This document shows, piece by piece, positions 62,381 through 64,000 of a DNA stretch of 64,000 nucleotides. Every line of letters begins with the position of its first letter. Position 1 is the stretch's first letter. The stretch spans positions 76,136,001-76,200,000 of the forward strand of contig NC_043002.1 in the NCBI RefSeq assembly GCF_006345805.1. The letters are read 5' to 3'. This DNA is from Octopus sinensis (taxonomy: Eukaryota). The notes below the pieces were generated by a model that searched no databases, was not told where the DNA came from, and worked only from the letters and a program-made list of their open reading frames with translations. A program made the position numbers and the translations under genes.

Positions 62381-63399
62381 CGTGTTGGTAATTAGTTCTC
62401 TGTGAGCCATGACTGAGGACGGTGAGTTTCGTGTAACAGCGATCATATAGCGTCGTATAAATGCTTTCTTTCCCACTCCCTGATTCGTTAAATTATGTAT
62501 CCAACATACAAGGATGTAAAACATACCAAATACTTATAATCTGTGAATTAGTAGCTCTAGTTCTAAGGATTTACTAGGCTTGGTGTGTATACAAACGGAT
62601 CGTTTACTTGTTTCTCTGTGACTGGTCAAATTATATGTATATCCTTGATGAGACCTCAATAAGGATCGAAAATCGGAAGTGTTAGAGATTGATAGAGACA
62701 TAGATCTATAAATATATGTGGGTGTGTGTATGTGTATATATGAGTGACAGAGAGAGAGAGAGAGTCAGATAGATAGATAGACAGAGAGATAGAGAGAGAG
62801 AGAAAGAGGGAGAGAGAGTTTTCTGTGTGTGGTTGATAATAGACAAATTAAGTAGTTTGAAAGACCTCTTTCAAAAAATATCATACTCTCACATGACAGA
62901 TCATGGAGAAAGGATGTGACAGAATTCACGCTCCAGCCTATTATCCTATCATTTGTGTCCTTAGACTGAATCAGATATATACATCAATATTCCGTTGAAC
63001 CCTATGCTGCACACGTCTTATTCAGCTTAGAAACGATTCGAACTGTGAAACAGCGTGTCCAAAATGTTTCAATATTGGAACTGCTTTTATTGCTGCTAAA
63101 ATTAACACCTGCATGTATACAACCCACGTTCATACACAAATATGGAGAAGCACGTAAGTACACAAACAGAAGAAAGCAGACATTCACCCACATACATACG
63201 TACACAAACACGTGTGTATGTGGGCGTGTGTTTGTATTCACGTGTGTGTGTGTGTCTGTCTGTATGTGTGCATGTGTGCGTATGGCAAGATGTAAAGACA
63301 CCGAGTACAGTGACAAAAACAATCTCAACTTAATTCAAAACGATAACTCAATTAGAATATCGATCCATCTTTTTTTTCCAATATACATACATTGCACGT

Positions 63400-63493
63400 A
63401 TATAGAAATGAACAGTTGTATAAAAAATATTACACATACAACACACACAAACGTTGACATATATATATATATGAAAATATATATATGTATGTA

Positions 63494-63535
<42 letters not shown>

Positions 63536-63668
63536 CATATACATACATATAAAAAATATAAAATATAGGTATAACATACGTATAAACTAAATATAATATA
63601 GACATATATATATATGTGTGTGTGTGCGTGTAAATATAGGTAGATGTGTAATACAAATATGTATGGAT

Positions 63669-63702
<34 letters not shown>

Positions 63703-63863
63703 CACATACGTATATGTATTACACATATCACACACACATATATATATGTAATTGTGTGTGGTGTGTATAATATAAATATGTGTGCATGCATATATATGTA
63801 TATATATATAGATATACATACATATATACATATGCTTACGCATATAAAGATATATATATAAAT

Positions 63864-63894
<31 letters not shown>

Positions 63895-64000
63895 CATATA
63901 CGTATGTGTTTGCTGAATCATATGAAATTAATATTTAAATAATTGATGCTATAAAGTTTTTAAAATCGTACACACACACATGTATAACACCGAATGATGA
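63400..64000. repeat. AT/AC/GT low-complexity microsatellite region
   Basis: Directly visible in the sequence. Confidence 0.9.

Noticed and set aside
62645-62672. TTGATGA-gacct...aggatc-GAAA hammerhead-like motif
   Set aside because: No convincing stem III, cleavage triplet or stem I.

Overview
This is a eukaryotic, AT-rich, microsatellite-saturated window with no host protein-coding gene that I can identify. It looks intergenic or deep intronic. The SINE types and TE mix look like an octopus (coleoid cephalopod) genome; that is my recollection of these repeats, not a database check. Contents: (i) several Penelope-like elements (PLEs), including RT and GIY-YIG remnants and pseudo-LTRs (pLTRs) carrying minimal type I hammerhead ribozyme motifs of at least four sequence families, two of them inside long inverted-repeat hairpins; (ii) a ~3.4 kb decayed CR1/L2-group LINE with a CCCH zinc finger upstream of APE-RT, plus fragments; (iii) two R4/Dong-type elements in tandem inside (AAT)n tracts; (iv) an ORF1-only L1/Tx1-like element; (v) mariner, Tc1-like and hAT remnants and a Helitron-like non-autonomous element; (vi) many tRNA-derived SINEs whose 3' tails match two LINEs present in the same window; (vii) a 100-N gap and features that may be long-read assembly artefacts. 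The most interesting signals are the hammerhead-bearing fold-back hairpins, the two LINE-SINE tail pairings, and an ~840 bp tandem unit flanked by (TA)n. Most long ORFs in the supplied track are microsatellite read-through.
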